Of a DNA stretch of 64,000 nucleotides, positions 8,716 to 19,588 are shown piece after piece. Made by a program: the position numbers and the translations under genes. The stretch covers positions 32,001 through 96,000 of the forward strand of contig CAXXWX010000015.1 in NCBI GenBank assembly GCA_963675745.2, read 5' to 3'. Under the pieces are notes generated by a model. That model had not been told where the DNA came from. It did not search any database and saw only the letters and a list, made by a program, of their open reading frames with translations. The DNA comes from Phycisphaerae bacterium (GTDB lineage Bacteria; Planctomycetota; Phycisphaerae; UBA1845; Fen-1342). How positions within the stretch are numbered: the stretch's first letter is position 1; each line of letters opens with the position of its first letter.

Positions 8716-9060
8716 AGCAGGCAGAGCGAACTCGCGTAACCAAGGCATGGGCGCTCGCCGAGCTGTACAGCCTCGTTCTCACAACCCGCGCGTTTGACGA
8801 GCGCTCGTGCGCGACTCCGCACCTGGCGTCGGTGCAGCATCTGCCGTTTGAGCAGGATCTGCTGCGAGCGGCGATAGCCCGAGCGAGCCTGCGTGCCGCG
8901 GCACCGCGCGGCAGACTCCCAGGTGCGGTCACCCAAAACGCGGCACCAGATCGCATTCGTGCGGCGCCTGATTATCGGCCCCATCATGGCGTGCCGCGGT
9001 GCAATCCGGACGGTTGACATGCCTCCCACGATTTCGGGCTCAACTTCTCGTTATTCTGGC

Positions 9061-9089
9061 TTGTCCCCGGGCGGCCCGGGGGCTAGAGT
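9061..9089 (+). promoter_or_regulatory. Candidate sigma70 promoter TTGTCC-N17-TAGAGT
   Basis: 17-nt spacer containing a CCCCGGG/CCCGGGG palindrome; upstream of the PEP-CTERM gene. Confidence 0.4.
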
Positions 9090-9224
9090 GTAGTGAGTTA
9101 GGATTCGCGGCTCAGTCTCCGCGCATGGCGGCACGCCACCGTCAGTGCGGGCATATCTTTGCTGGGTAGCGTGTAATCCAGAATCGGGAGCAACTCAGGA
9201 GGCGCAGAGAAGGAGCATGCTATC

Positions 9225-10109
9225 ATGAAGAACGTACTTGTATTGGCCTGTGTGCTGGCGATAACTTCAGTTGCCGGTGCACAACTCATCGCGGACGACT
9301 TTGAAGTCGACAGCTCGGCGAACTACACGCTTGTCGAGATTGGTGGACCCGATTCATCCGCCGCGTTCGCTTTCGACTACATCGCCGCCGGCATTCCGTT
9401 GGCCCCGAATTCGCTCGCTGGCGACGTCGGCGGCTTGCGTATGACCGCCAATGACACGATGGGCGTCGCGAACACGCTAACCGCGTTTCACAACACGCCG
9501 ATTGTCGGTCTGGATGCGTACTCGCTGATCGTCGACGTGTATATGGGCGTCTACGCCACTAGTGGCACAACCGAGTTCATGCACGTGGGCGTGGCCGGCG
9601 ACGGCGTCACGGCCAACTCGATCTTTACGCCGATTTCAGGCACCGGTCACTTCATGTCGATGACCGGCGAGGGCGGCTCGGCGTCCGACTATCGACATTT
9701 CAAGCCGAGCGTCACTTCGGTTCCATCCGGCGACGCGAGCTACCTGAACAGTACGAACACGACGAATGCGACGGGCGACACGTATCAAAACCTGTTCCCG
9801 AGCCCGCCGTATACGTGGGCCGGCTCGCCGGGTAACGCCTGGACGACGCTGCGGATCGACTTTGTTGGCGGCGTGGGTGGTACGATCACGTACTCGCTCG
9901 ATGGCGCCACCGGCATGACGCCGATCATCCAGGACGTTTCGGAAGTTCTGGACGGCCAGATCAGCTTGGGCTATGCGGACCTGTTTAGTTCACTCGCCGC
10001 CCCGGCCGGGTCGCAGTACATCATCTACGACAACCTCCAGGTTGTCCCGGAGCCAGGCACGCTCATGCTGCTCGGCCTCGGAATCGTTGCCCTGGTGCGT
10101 CGCCGCTAA
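9225..10109 (+). CDS. PEP-CTERM sorting-domain protein
   Basis: Signal peptide; C-terminal VPEPGTLMLLGLGIVALVRRR; AAGGAG RBS. Confidence 0.9.
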   Translation: MKNVLVLACVLAITSVAGAQLIADDFEVDSSANYTLVEIGGPDSSAAFAFDYIAAGIPLAPNSLAGDVGGLRMTANDTMGVANTLTAFHNTPIVGLDAYSLIVDVYMGVYATSGTTEFMHVGVAGDGVTANSIFTPISGTGHFMSMTGEGGSASDYRHFKPSVTSVPSGDASYLNSTNTTNATGDTYQNLFPSPPYTWAGSPGNAWTTLRIDFVGGVGGTITYSLDGATGMTPIIQDVSEVLDGQISLGYADLFSSLAAPAGSQYIIYDNLQVVPEPGTLMLLGLGIVALVRRR

Positions 10110-10142
10110 CGCGTCGCCAGCAGCGAGATACTTGACATCACG

Positions 10143-10180
10143 CGAGGTCGCCTGCTTACGCGGGCGACCTCGTTTCTTCT
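10143..10180 (+). terminator. Rho-independent terminator
   Basis: CGAGGTCGCC...GGCGACCTCG stem followed by TTTCTTCT. Confidence 0.75.
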
Positions 10181-10411
10181 CTGTGCTTGTCTGTCTCCCC
10201 ATCTGGAACCGATCACGGTGACGGGTCGTGTCCAACCTGGCCAACCAGCGATGACGACTGCTGGGTATGCATCTTGTGAGCGACCCGATTGGCCCGTCCA
10301 ACGTGACACGGCCCATCGCGCGCCTCTTGCACCACAAAAGAGATAGGTTTTGGGGCGAGCGAAGGGCCGTTGGCATCTTCACTCCGATCCAGCATCCACG
10401 CTGGATCATGA

Positions 10412-10440
10412 TTGACGCGGGGCTGTGGCGACGATAGAGT
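10412..10440 (+). promoter_or_regulatory. Candidate sigma70 promoter TTGACG-N17-TAGAGT
   Basis: Near-consensus -35, 17-nt spacer, same -10 as the 9061 site. Confidence 0.5.
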
Positions 10441-10563
10441 TGTAATAGGACGTCGGTCTCGTCGCACTTCGCTCAGGTAACGCGGGCTGACCTGCGCCAG
10501 CACCTATTGCGCAGGCTTGGCACGCGGCCAATTTGGCGTCTGGCGCCACACGGAGGTAGTTGC

Positions 10564-11562
10564 ATGTCTGCCAGGACCATCCGCGGGCGGGGGTTCACGT
10601 TGATCGAATTGCTGGTCGTTGTTGCCATCATCGCTCTATTGATCTCGATCCTATTGCCGTCGCTATCGCACGCGCGTAAACAAGCCCGGTCGGTGGTCTG
10701 CCGAACGAATGTGCGTTCACTGGCGACCGCGGCGTTCACCTACTCGATCGAGGAAGGGGTCTACCCTCCCAGCCTGACCAATTTCGTCTATTCCGGAAGT
10801 CCGACGGTGTCATCTCAAAGGTGGAAAGGCGGCGTCGATTGGCTCGGCATCGGGGATCAGGCCGGGGCTTATGAGCCGGGCGATCCCAATGATCCACAGT
10901 CGGGGAATCCGAAGGGGTTTGACGCTGCACCAAAGTTCGGCGCCCTCTTCCCATACGTGAAGATCGAGAAGGCCTACCTCTGCCCATCCGACAAGCGCGG
11001 CACGGCGGACGAGACCTCGTACCTGGGCGGGGGCGGCAACGGGAAGTTTAGTTACACGATGTTCTCGATGCTCGGCTTAAGGCCGCCAGATAGAATCCCC
11101 GGTCGTCGCGAGGATGTCTCAAATGCGTCACGCGGGCCCGCGCCCGTCGGGCGGCGCCTGAAGCCCCCGGACTTGTCCGGCGTGCCACTGTTTGTCGAAG
11201 AGCATCCGGCCAGCCTCAACAATTTTGGCAATAACGGTCACATGGAGGGGAACTTCAACTTCTCCGATCGCGTGGTTTCGCGGCACACGGGTGGGAACAA
11301 TCGGCAGGGCTATGCCCCCGACGGAAGCGGACTCACCACATTTCGGCAGGGGACGACCAACATTGGCTTCGCCGATGGGCACGTGGATCCAGTCCGCACC
11401 AACTTCAAGTTCACAATCAACGACGTGAAGGACAAGGACGTTGGCGGACGCGGACTGGAGGGTATTCCGGATTCGGCTCCGGGTCTCCTGTGGTACTATG
11501 GCGTCGAATACCTGGAGGTGGAGGACGGCAGGCCCAATGTCGTGGTGGTGGGGGGATATTAA
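10564..11562 (+). CDS. Prepilin-type N-terminal cleavage/methylation protein with H-X9-DG-like motif (DUF1559-type)
   Basis: GFTLIELLVVVAIIALLISILLPSL, YLCPSD, TNIGFADGHV; GGAGG RBS before ATG 10564. Confidence 0.9.
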   Translation: MSARTIRGRGFTLIELLVVVAIIALLISILLPSLSHARKQARSVVCRTNVRSLATAAFTYSIEEGVYPPSLTNFVYSGSPTVSSQRWKGGVDWLGIGDQAGAYEPGDPNDPQSGNPKGFDAAPKFGALFPYVKIEKAYLCPSDKRGTADETSYLGGGGNGKFSYTMFSMLGLRPPDRIPGRREDVSNASRGPAPVGRRLKPPDLSGVPLFVEEHPASLNNFGNNGHMEGNFNFSDRVVSRHTGGNNRQGYAPDGSGLTTFRQGTTNIGFADGHVDPVRTNFKFTINDVKDKDVGGRGLEGIPDSAPGLLWYYGVEYLEVEDGRPNVVVVGGY

Positions 11563-11636
11563 GGACGGAACCTGCAACCGCAACACGCGAGATTTGCGGC
11601 GCAGTGACCTGGTCTCCTAGAAGAGGGAGGAAAGAA

Positions 11637-14600
11637 GTGAGTACTTCAACACGATTGCACTGGCTGCTTGCAGCGGTGGCGGTGTTGTCTTGCGCGACCG
11701 TCGCCGGGGCACAACATTCACAGTTGATCACAGACTTCGAGGTAGACTCCCTGGGGGTGTCGTACCCCTATCAGCCTGGCTCGCTGGCCGACCTGCAGGT
11801 CGTCATGTTCCAGGACCCGGCCGAAGCAGACGTCACTGAGACCGCCGTGCTTTCAGACAGCGCGGCGACGTTTCCGAGTGATCCGAATGATCCGAGCATC
11901 CTGCGCTCCTCGGAGGAGTCATTCGTCGCGCGTTTCACCGGCAATGGCTTTTTCGGCGCACACGGCAGCGACCAGTTCCTGGACATCCGCTACGAGTGGG
12001 CGACCCCCAGCGATCCCAATCGATGGGTGCTCATCGAGACGCTGCAGTCGCCGGCGTTGGGAGATCCGTCGCTGCACCTCGGTGGGTCCGTCACCTTCTA
12101 CATAAACATCCCGGACTGCTCGGCGTACGAGTTTCCGGGGTTGACGCGGACGCCGGAGATCGGCGTCGCTCTGCTGATCAGCGAAACCGGCCAGGCATTG
12201 CCGCAGGGCTTCCGGGATAGTGACGTGTCGACCGGCTCGTTCGAGTTCGTCGGCGTCGACGCGCTCCTGGACCCCAACACGGCTAATCCGGTCCCCGTGC
12301 CGACCAACTTCTATCCGATCACCGATCCGAACTGTGCTGGTGACACGACCGGCAGTGGCGGTCACTGGCGCCCGGTGCAAATCGACCTGACTACGGCCGG
12401 CGTGGCGGGCTGGACCTACCGGGGCGGCGATGGCACGCTCGATGCCACCGTCGGCGATCCCAATGCCGTCAACCGCGGGGTGCTCGCCGGCCTGGTGCTG
12501 GCCGTCCGCAACACTGACACGACCAGCGAGTATGTCGAGTTCCTTATCGACGAGATCACGTTTACAGCCCCGGCGGCTGAGCCGGCGGTCCCGCCGACGA
12601 TTATCGGCCCCGTCATCGTTGACGCCACGAGCATCTTGATCGATGACATCACGCCGAGTGCCACAATGGTCACTCTCGAAATCGACCGCAATGCGGGCGA
12701 TCCTAATTTTAACGTGACGGAGACGGTGCCCCAGGCGCCCGGACTAAGCACCACCGGCGAACTTCGCTCGATCACCATTGGTGGTTTGACGGCCCTGGAT
12801 GTCGGTGATCGCCTGCGGGTGCGGCAGCACGTCGGCGCGGACATCAGCGACAACTCGCTGGTCGTCACCGTGAATCCGCCGGCCGCTTTCAGCGCCACGC
12901 TTTGCCTGGACGAGGACGGCAACTCCGGGACGGCGGACTACGAGTGGGTTGGCGCTGCGACGGTCGTCGGCCAGAACGGAACACAGGGCAAGCCCATCTT
13001 CCCGCAGAACGGCGTCTGGCAGCGCCTGGAGTACTCGCTCATTCCGGGTGTCGAGCCCATCTATCCCTTCGCGGGAGGCAACGGGCAGCTTGAGCCCGAC
13101 GGCGGGCTGTACAAACTCGACTCGATGTTCTTCACCATAGACTCGAGCGAACCCAGCGCCGGGCCATACAACATCTTCGTTGACCACATCTACTACATCG
13201 ACCCGAACGGCGTGGAGGTGGTCATCGGCGATAGTGAGTTCGTCAATCCGTTCCCGTACCAGCGTGGCCAGAGCACAACTGGAGAGAACTGGGATACGAT
13301 CATCTCCGGGCTTGCAAGCTATGACGGGGCCAGGGCAAACCGGCTCCTCTGGGAGTTCCCTGACACGGCGCTGTCCAACACGCACGCCGTCTATCGTCCC
13401 GCAGCGACATTCTCGGATGCGTCGTTGGCGGTGGGCATGTTCCTGCTGGTCGAGGACCCGCGCGACCCGAATCTGCCAACGCCCACGGTTGAGACGTACA
13501 TCATCGGAAGCCAAACGGCGATCAATGTGAGCTTTGACCCGAACGCAGCGCCGACGGACGTCAGCCTGCTGGTCAATGGCGTAACGGTCAACACGGTCGA
13601 TCCCAACGGCGCCGCTGCCGTGGACATTGACCCACAGACAGCCCTCTCGATCGGCGACTCGATCTCCGCGCTGATGACCACCGGCGCTGGACAGAGCAAC
13701 TACGCCTACGCCAGGGCAGTCCAGCGGGCTCCGGCGCCGACCGTGCAGAACCCGTTGGGGGTGGGGCAGACCGAAGTGGTCGTCAACGACATCCTCAACA
13801 CCGGCAACACCGTTGCGAGCCTGGTCACGCTGTACTCCGGCGATACCGAGCTCGACTCCTTGGACCCGAACGGCCAGGCATCCGTGACGTTCACGCTGGG
13901 GGACCCCGGGCTCCTGCTGGATGAGCAGATCTCCGCCACGCAGACTGTCAACGGCAGCCAGAGCGAACGCTCGAACGTCGTGACTGTCCAAATCCTCCTG
14001 CCACTCTGTCTTGAGGCGATCGTCGACGACTTCGAGGTCGACAGCTCGGCCGACTACACGGTTGTGAAGCAGGCAAATAGTGCCGACCCGAACGACATCG
14101 ATTCAACTGCGACGTTCGGCTTTGACTACGTAGCCGCCGGCATCCCGCTCGCACCGCGGTCGGTCATGGGCGACACCGGCGGCCTGCGAATGACCTGCAA
14201 CGACGTCGCGGGGGTCTCAAACGCGATCACTGCGTTCCACAACTTGGAGCTGACTGGCCTGGACGACTATCGGCTCCTCGTCGACGTCTACATGGGCGTC
14301 ACCGGGACCGGCGGCACGACCGAGCACATGCATGTCGGCGTCGCGGGCGACGGCTCCACGGTCAACTCGCTCTTCTATCCAATCACGGGTAGCGGTCACT
14401 TCATGGCGATGACCGGTGAGGGTGGGTCATCTTCCGACTACCGCCACTCCCTGCCTTCCGGCATCACCAACAGCGGCGATCCGAGCTACCTCAACAGCAC
14501 GAACACAACCAACGCGACAGGCGACACATACCAGGCCCTGTTCCCGAGCCCACCATATGACTATGCCGGCTCGCCGGGCAACGCCTGGACGACGCTCCAG

Positions 14601-15002
14601 ATTGACATGATCGGCGGCGTGGGCGGCACCATCACCTACTCGCTTGACGGCGCCACGGGCATGACGCCGATCATTCAGGACACGTCGGAACTGCTAGACG
14701 GCTTCATCAGCCTCGGCTACGGCGACCTGTTCTCGTCGCTCGCCGATCCGTTCCAGTCGCAGTTTATCATCTACGACAATCTCGTCGTGTACAAAGCCCA
14801 CGGGACCATCACCCTGTTCGACTGGAACCAGGACACGTTTATCGATACAGCGGATGCCGAGGCGATGTACAGTTGCCTTGGCGGCGTTGGTGACGACATG
14901 GCCGGGCAGGAGTGCGGCGCGCCGTGCCTCGGTGTGTTCGATGAAAACCTCGATAGCGACGTCGACCTTGGCGATGTTGCGGAGTTCCAGAAGTCTTTCT
15001 AA
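11637..15002 (+). CDS. Large secreted multidomain protein with Ig-like repeats and a C-terminal dockerin-like domain
   Basis: GTG start after AGGGAGG; signal peptide; C-terminal FDWNQD..C..C..FDENLDSDVDLGDVAEF; shares a domain with 9225..10109. Confidence 0.85.
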   Translation: MSTSTRLHWLLAAVAVLSCATVAGAQHSQLITDFEVDSLGVSYPYQPGSLADLQVVMFQDPAEADVTETAVLSDSAATFPSDPNDPSILRSSEESFVARFTGNGFFGAHGSDQFLDIRYEWATPSDPNRWVLIETLQSPALGDPSLHLGGSVTFYINIPDCSAYEFPGLTRTPEIGVALLISETGQALPQGFRDSDVSTGSFEFVGVDALLDPNTANPVPVPTNFYPITDPNCAGDTTGSGGHWRPVQIDLTTAGVAGWTYRGGDGTLDATVGDPNAVNRGVLAGLVLAVRNTDTTSEYVEFLIDEITFTAPAAEPAVPPTIIGPVIVDATSILIDDITPSATMVTLEIDRNAGDPNFNVTETVPQAPGLSTTGELRSITIGGLTALDVGDRLRVRQHVGADISDNSLVVTVNPPAAFSATLCLDEDGNSGTADYEWVGAATVVGQNGTQGKPIFPQNGVWQRLEYSLIPGVEPIYPFAGGNGQLEPDGGLYKLDSMFFTIDSSEPSAGPYNIFVDHIYYIDPNGVEVVIGDSEFVNPFPYQRGQSTTGENWDTIISGLASYDGARANRLLWEFPDTALSNTHAVYRPAATFSDASLAVGMFLLVEDPRDPNLPTPTVETYIIGSQTAINVSFDPNAAPTDVSLLVNGVTVNTVDPNGAAAVDIDPQTALSIGDSISALMTTGAGQSNYAYARAVQRAPAPTVQNPLGVGQTEVVVNDILNTGNTVASLVTLYSGDTELDSLDPNGQASVTFTLGDPGLLLDEQISATQTVNGSQSERSNVVTVQILLPLCLEAIVDDFEVDSSADYTVVKQANSADPNDIDSTATFGFDYVAAGIPLAPRSVMGDTGGLRMTCNDVAGVSNAITAFHNLELTGLDDYRLLVDVYMGVTGTGGTTEHMHVGVAGDGSTVNSLFYPITGSGHFMAMTGEGGSSSDYRHSLPSGITNSGDPSYLNSTNTTNATGDTYQALFPSPPYDYAGSPGNAWTTLQIDMIGGVGGTITYSLDGATGMTPIIQDTSELLDGFISLGYGDLFSSLADPFQSQFIIYDNLVVYKAHGTITLFDWNQDTFIDTADAEAMYSCLGGVGDDMAGQECGAPCLGVFDENLDSDVDLGDVAEFQKSF

Positions 15003-15030
15003 CCGGGCGTCTGGTTAGCGGAAGTTATAA

Positions 15031-15073
15031 AGCAGCGGGGTCGTCGCACTTGCGGCGGCCCCGCTGTTCTTTC
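15031..15073 (+). terminator. Rho-independent terminator
   Basis: AGCAGCGGGGTCGTCGCA/TGCGGCGGCCCCGCTGTT stem plus CTTTC. Confidence 0.65.
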
Positions 15074-15144
15074 GACCTGTTGCTGCACTGAGTGCGGCGT
15101 GGTGCTGTATCGTCGGGGGGTCACAAGGCTATAATGCTGTCCGC

Positions 15145-17718
15145 ATGCGCGCTAGGATCCCGCTACTATACCTCTGCTTCTTCCTGTCCGGCGCCGCGGC
15201 GCTGGTTTACGAGGTGATCTGGCAGCGCATGCTCACGCTGGTCTTCGGACTCAGCACGCTCAGCGTTACGGCGGTCATCGCGGCGTTTCTCGGCGGGGTG
15301 GCCCTGGGCGCGCGATTCAGCGGTCCGGTTGCCGATCGCACGTTGCGGCCGCTGCGGCTCTACGCTCTCGTCGAACTTGGCATCGCCCTCGCCGGACTTG
15401 CCTCCCTGTTTACGATTCCCCCGCTGATGCGCGTATTTGCGGTGCTCTATGCGGCCGTCGAGCCCGGCTGGCTGCTCTCAAACCTGATCCGCTTCGTCTT
15501 GGCGTGCATCGCGGTCGGCCTGCCGAGCCTGCTGATCGGTGCGACGATGCCGCTGATGACGCGCATCGCCTCCCGGCAAGCGGGCTGCACAGCCGTTGGA
15601 TTCGGCGGCAGCTATGCGGCAAACGTCGCCGGATCGGTGGTCGGGACAATCGCCGCCGGTTTCTTCCTGTTGCGGATCGTTGGAGTCGATGGTGCGCTGT
15701 ACTGCGCCGCAGGGGCGAACCTGGCTGTCTGCGCGCTGGCATTTATCCTCCGAGAGTGCCCGGTGGATGTCTGCTCCTCGCCGGCTGAACCGGTCGCCGC
15801 ACCTGCCGCGCCAGCGGGATCGCGCGACCACGCGGGTGCGCCTCGCCCGACCATTTCAATGTCGTTTGCCTGTATTGCGGCGCTCGTGACCGGCGCGGTG
15901 GCCCTTGCCTACGAAATCGCCTGGATCCGCCTGCTCGCGATCTTCACGCTCAACAGCGTCTACATCTTCCCGATGGTGCTCAGCGTTTATCTCACGGCGC
16001 TGGCGCTGGGCTCGGCCGCGGTGGCGCTCCTGGCGCGCCGCTCGCACTTCAACGCATTGGCCACGCTGGCACTTACACAACTGCTGCAAGCGCTGCTTGT
16101 GCCTCTATTGCTGACCCTCGCGCCGCAGGCCTCACGGCTGGACATCACGGGGAGCGGGCGCACCTCCGCCGAGATCCTGCAAGCCGAGTATGTGCTCGTC
16201 GCAGTCGTCGTGTTCATCCCGACGCTCCTGATCGGCTTCACGTTGCCGCTGCTGGTAACGCTTGCGGCGCGCTGCGTCGAGGAGTCAGGCCGGCTGGTTG
16301 GTCGGATCTACGCCTGGAATACGCTGGGTTCGATTGCGGGCGCGGGCCTGGCAGGCGCAGTGCTGATTCCCTTCCTGGGATTGCGGGGCGGTCTCTTGCT
16401 TCTGGCCGGCATTAACCTGGCCGTCGTCGCGGCCGCTTCGTACGCCGGTGGTCACCGCGCCGCATGGCTGCGGTCGCTGGCGCCCGTGGGGGCGTCGGCA
16501 TTCGCAGTCGCCGTGGCCTTCCTGCCCGGCGTGACACGCTTCTACCTGCCGCCCGGCCCGCAGAGCGAGATGGTCCGCTACTACGCCGAGGGGCCCTCGG
16601 CAACGGTCCATGTAGTCGAGTATGACGGCGACGCCGGTCGCCACCGCACGCTCTTCGTAGACAGCAAGTCGGTCGCCGGGACGTACGACGACATTGTCAC
16701 CGACCAAAAGATGCTGGCGCACCTGCCGCTGCTGCTGCACCCGGACCCGCAGCGGGCGCTTACGGTCGGCTTCGGGGCCGGCGGCACATCGTATTCGATG
16801 CTGCAACACGGATTGCAGGTGGACTGCGTCGAGATCGAGCCCCGCGTCGTCGACGCCTATCACCTGTTCGAGTCAGAGAATCACGGCATCGTCGGACCAG
16901 AGCACGACACGGTCCACTTCCGGCTGATTCTCGACGACGCGCGCGCCTGGCTGGAGGTCGCGCCGCGGCGCTACGATGTGATTGTCACCGATCTGACCAG
17001 CATCCAGTATCGCGGCAACGGGAATCTCTACACCGCCGAGGCCTTTGGCTTGATGCAGTCCCAGCTCAATCCGGGCGGCATCGGCGCCGCATGGGTGCCG
17101 ATCACCGGCATCACGCCCGAGGCGCTCAAACTCGTGATCCGCACGTTCCAGAGCGTCTTCGAGCATACGAGTGTGTGGTACATGATCAACCTGCCGACGG
17201 ATTTTGTGATTGTCATCGGGACCGAGCGGCCGCTGAGCTTCCCGATCGTTGACATCGAGCGTCGGATGGCGGCCTCGCGTGTACGGCGCGACTTGGCACC
17301 AATCGGCATGGACAACGCCTGGAAGTTGGCGGCTTGCCTGTTGCTCGCTGAGTCCGACGTCGGGCAGTATGTTGGCGCCGGACCGCTTCATCGCGATTAC
17401 CGACCAGTGCTGGATTACCTGACGCACGCGACGCCATACCGCAACACCCTGCCGGAAAACCTCACCGAGCTTACTGCGCACCGGCGTAGCCCGGCGGCAT
17501 ACATGACCCGCTGGCCCGATGCGCCCGAGGGCGCCGCCCGTGCGGATTGGTCACGCTGGTTCGCCGCCAGCGCAGCACTGATCCGCGGCCACATCGCCTT
17601 GCGCTCGACGTACGAAGGGCATTTCGACGATGCCCGCGCCGCCTATGAAGCCGCGCTCGAGCAGGTGCCAACCGACGCCCGCACACGGGCGCTTCTCGCC
17701 GAAATGCAGCGCCCGTAG
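15145..17718 (+). CDS. Fused MFS-like membrane domain / spermidine synthase-like protein
   Basis: FFLSGAAALVYEVIWQR, multiple TM segments, ALTVGFGAGGT, VEIEPRV, DDAR..YDVIVTD; TATAAT at 15130. Confidence 0.9.
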   Translation: MRARIPLLYLCFFLSGAAALVYEVIWQRMLTLVFGLSTLSVTAVIAAFLGGVALGARFSGPVADRTLRPLRLYALVELGIALAGLASLFTIPPLMRVFAVLYAAVEPGWLLSNLIRFVLACIAVGLPSLLIGATMPLMTRIASRQAGCTAVGFGGSYAANVAGSVVGTIAAGFFLLRIVGVDGALYCAAGANLAVCALAFILRECPVDVCSSPAEPVAAPAAPAGSRDHAGAPRPTISMSFACIAALVTGAVALAYEIAWIRLLAIFTLNSVYIFPMVLSVYLTALALGSAAVALLARRSHFNALATLALTQLLQALLVPLLLTLAPQASRLDITGSGRTSAEILQAEYVLVAVVVFIPTLLIGFTLPLLVTLAARCVEESGRLVGRIYAWNTLGSIAGAGLAGAVLIPFLGLRGGLLLLAGINLAVVAAASYAGGHRAAWLRSLAPVGASAFAVAVAFLPGVTRFYLPPGPQSEMVRYYAEGPSATVHVVEYDGDAGRHRTLFVDSKSVAGTYDDIVTDQKMLAHLPLLLHPDPQRALTVGFGAGGTSYSMLQHGLQVDCVEIEPRVVDAYHLFESENHGIVGPEHDTVHFRLILDDARAWLEVAPRRYDVIVTDLTSIQYRGNGNLYTAEAFGLMQSQLNPGGIGAAWVPITGITPEALKLVIRTFQSVFEHTSVWYMINLPTDFVIVIGTERPLSFPIVDIERRMAASRVRRDLAPIGMDNAWKLAACLLLAESDVGQYVGAGPLHRDYRPVLDYLTHATPYRNTLPENLTELTAHRRSPAAYMTRWPDAPEGAARADWSRWFAASAALIRGHIALRSTYEGHFDDARAAYEAALEQVPTDARTRALLAEMQRP

Positions 17719-17964
17719 GGCAAGTGAGGGGCGGCACTCGCGGGCCATCCCCGACCGGGGCGCTCTTCGCGGCGCAACCGGACCAACAGACTTGCCATCA
17801 ATCGGCAATTGGAACCACGAACGACAGTCGAGTATCGTAGCGCGTCACAGGACGAGAATGCTGCGATCGTCTGCGCACGGGATTGTCCAGGATTCGCCAT
17901 GTGGAATAGTGGGAGCTATCCCAACCGACCACCGGCGCGCATAGTCGGCCGGTAGACACAACAA

Positions 17965-18005
17965 GAGCCCCGCCCGGCCGTACAGGTGTCCGACCGGGCG
18001 GGGCT
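17965..18005 (-). terminator. Hairpin between convergent genes, probable terminator
   Basis: AGCCCCGCCCGG...CCGGGCGGGGCT inverted repeat. Confidence 0.6.
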
Positions 18006-18030
18006 GAATGTCAGATGATTGCGTGTCCCG

Positions 18031-18870
18031 TCATCCGGACAGCAGTATCACAAACGGGTCAATGTCGCCGTTGTTGACAAAGCTGTCCTGATTGATGTCC
18101 GCGAGGTTGATATCGCAGTCGGGATAGGTGCTTGCGTACGCGCCGGGGTCGGAGATAGCTGTGACAAACGCGTCGATATCGCCGTTGTTGACAAAGCCAT
18201 CGCAGTTCAGATCGCCAAGCGCATACGCCGCGCCAACGGTGAACGTGAAGCTGCCGTCCGCAACAACAATCGTGCCGGCTGTTACCGGTGAGTAGTCCGG
18301 CGGCGTGCCGACTGAAACCAGCACGTTCGCAAACCCGTTCGCCAGGCTGAAAGTGTAGTCGCCTGCGGTGGCCGGCGCGGCGAACGAGCCGCTCGCGACC
18401 AGTTGGGGGCCGGCCTGCCCGACGCCACCAACCACATTGGCGTTCTCAGCGATCCCGCTGCCGCCGGGCATGGCTTCGCCGAAGGTGTTTTGCGCTCCAC
18501 CCGTCTGGATCAGGTTCATGGCGCCGGCCGTGCCGCGCTGTGAGCCGACGTAACCGGTGTTCGGATCAGTCTCGGGTGGGTTGGTGATGCCGGCCGGTCG
18601 GCTGAAGTTCTGCATGCCGGCGGGGACACCGCTGGCTGCCGGGATGTCGAGCGTGGCGGGATTGCCGCCATCCTGCACCAGGTCAAACGAGATGAGGGCG
18701 AGCCCCATGTTGTCGCCGGTGGAGACTGCCGCCGTGACGGTCCAGTTGACCGTGGCGCCGGCCCCGATGGTCGTGCCGTCCTGGGGAGAATCGAGGGTAA
18801 GCGTCACGGTCTGGGCTGCGGCGGTCACCACGCACGTTGTAACGAACAGTACGCCGATGAAATATCGCAT
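18031..18870 (-). CDS. Secreted protein with a beta-sandwich (possibly cohesin-like) domain and a C-terminal dockerin-like domain
   Basis: Signal peptide after AAGGAGG; GDLNCDGFVNNGDIDAFV..YPDCDINLADINQDSFVNNGDIDPFV. Confidence 0.85.
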   Translation of the reverse strand: MRYFIGVLFVTTCVVTAAAQTVTLTLDSPQDGTTIGAGATVNWTVTAAVSTGDNMGLALISFDLVQDGGNPATLDIPAASGVPAGMQNFSRPAGITNPPETDPNTGYVGSQRGTAGAMNLIQTGGAQNTFGEAMPGGSGIAENANVVGGVGQAGPQLVASGSFAAPATAGDYTFSLANGFANVLVSVGTPPDYSPVTAGTIVVADGSFTFTVGAAYALGDLNCDGFVNNGDIDAFVTAISDPGAYASTYPDCDINLADINQDSFVNNGDIDPFVILLSG

Positions 18871-19158
18871 TTCCATGGCCTCCTTATGTTCGGCTGTGCA
18901 GCGCAAGTGCAATCGCCGTAGTTGCGGTGTATTCCATCCACTCCAAGGCGTCGCACATCAGGATCCTGCGCACAGGATTTCTGACTTCGCCCTGGCGGGC
19001 GCGACGATCCCGTACCAGACCCCACTAACATCTTACCTTACAGGTCTGGTCGCGCATGGTCAAGAGAATACCACGCTCTGGCTAGCGCCTGCCCCTGCCG
19101 AGCGTCCGTCCCGCCCAGAATCTTGTTCTCGCTGGAGCGCGAGGGGCAAGACCCGGCC

Positions 19159-19560
19159 TCAGATACGTCCAAGCCTGAGATCGGTCGGGCAATGGCGCGG
19201 AGTTGCCCTGAGTTCCTTGGCCTCAAAGGTCCCCTGGACTACGGCATTGTCCACCGGTGTCCCGCGCCACACTGGAAAGCCAACTCCTCCCGCGACCACT
19301 GTCCGCTCGCATCGGTCGAGCAATTCAGTCGCCAACACGCAACTGATCGACGGCCCAGCCTGCCACGTCGCGCCAGCGGCACGAGTTGCAAGCTCCGTCG
19401 AATGGCCTCCAAGTCGGTTGAAACAGCCGTACAGGGCGATGATGACATGCAATGCGCCAGGTCTTTCGAGCCGTCCTGGCCGGTCAGGTAGCATATCTAC
19501 GGCGGCGGAACTCGCACGACCGGCGACAACGCGCTCGTTGGCGAAGCCAAGTTGGCTCAT
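19159..19560 (-). pseudogene. Possible degenerate RAYT/Y1-transposase remnant
   Basis: MLPDRPGRLERPGALHVIIA resembles the RAYT N-terminus (PR..RL..PGALHHV..RG); the rest is degraded. Confidence 0.25.
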
Positions 19561-19588
19561 ACAGCTGCCAGAGCCGAATTACCGCGGC

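Noticed and set aside
8716..9017. Remnant of a 2-oxoacid dehydrogenase E1 (LYSLVLTTRAFDER)
   Set aside because: Only a short motif resemblance; no start or RBS and no further supporting motifs.
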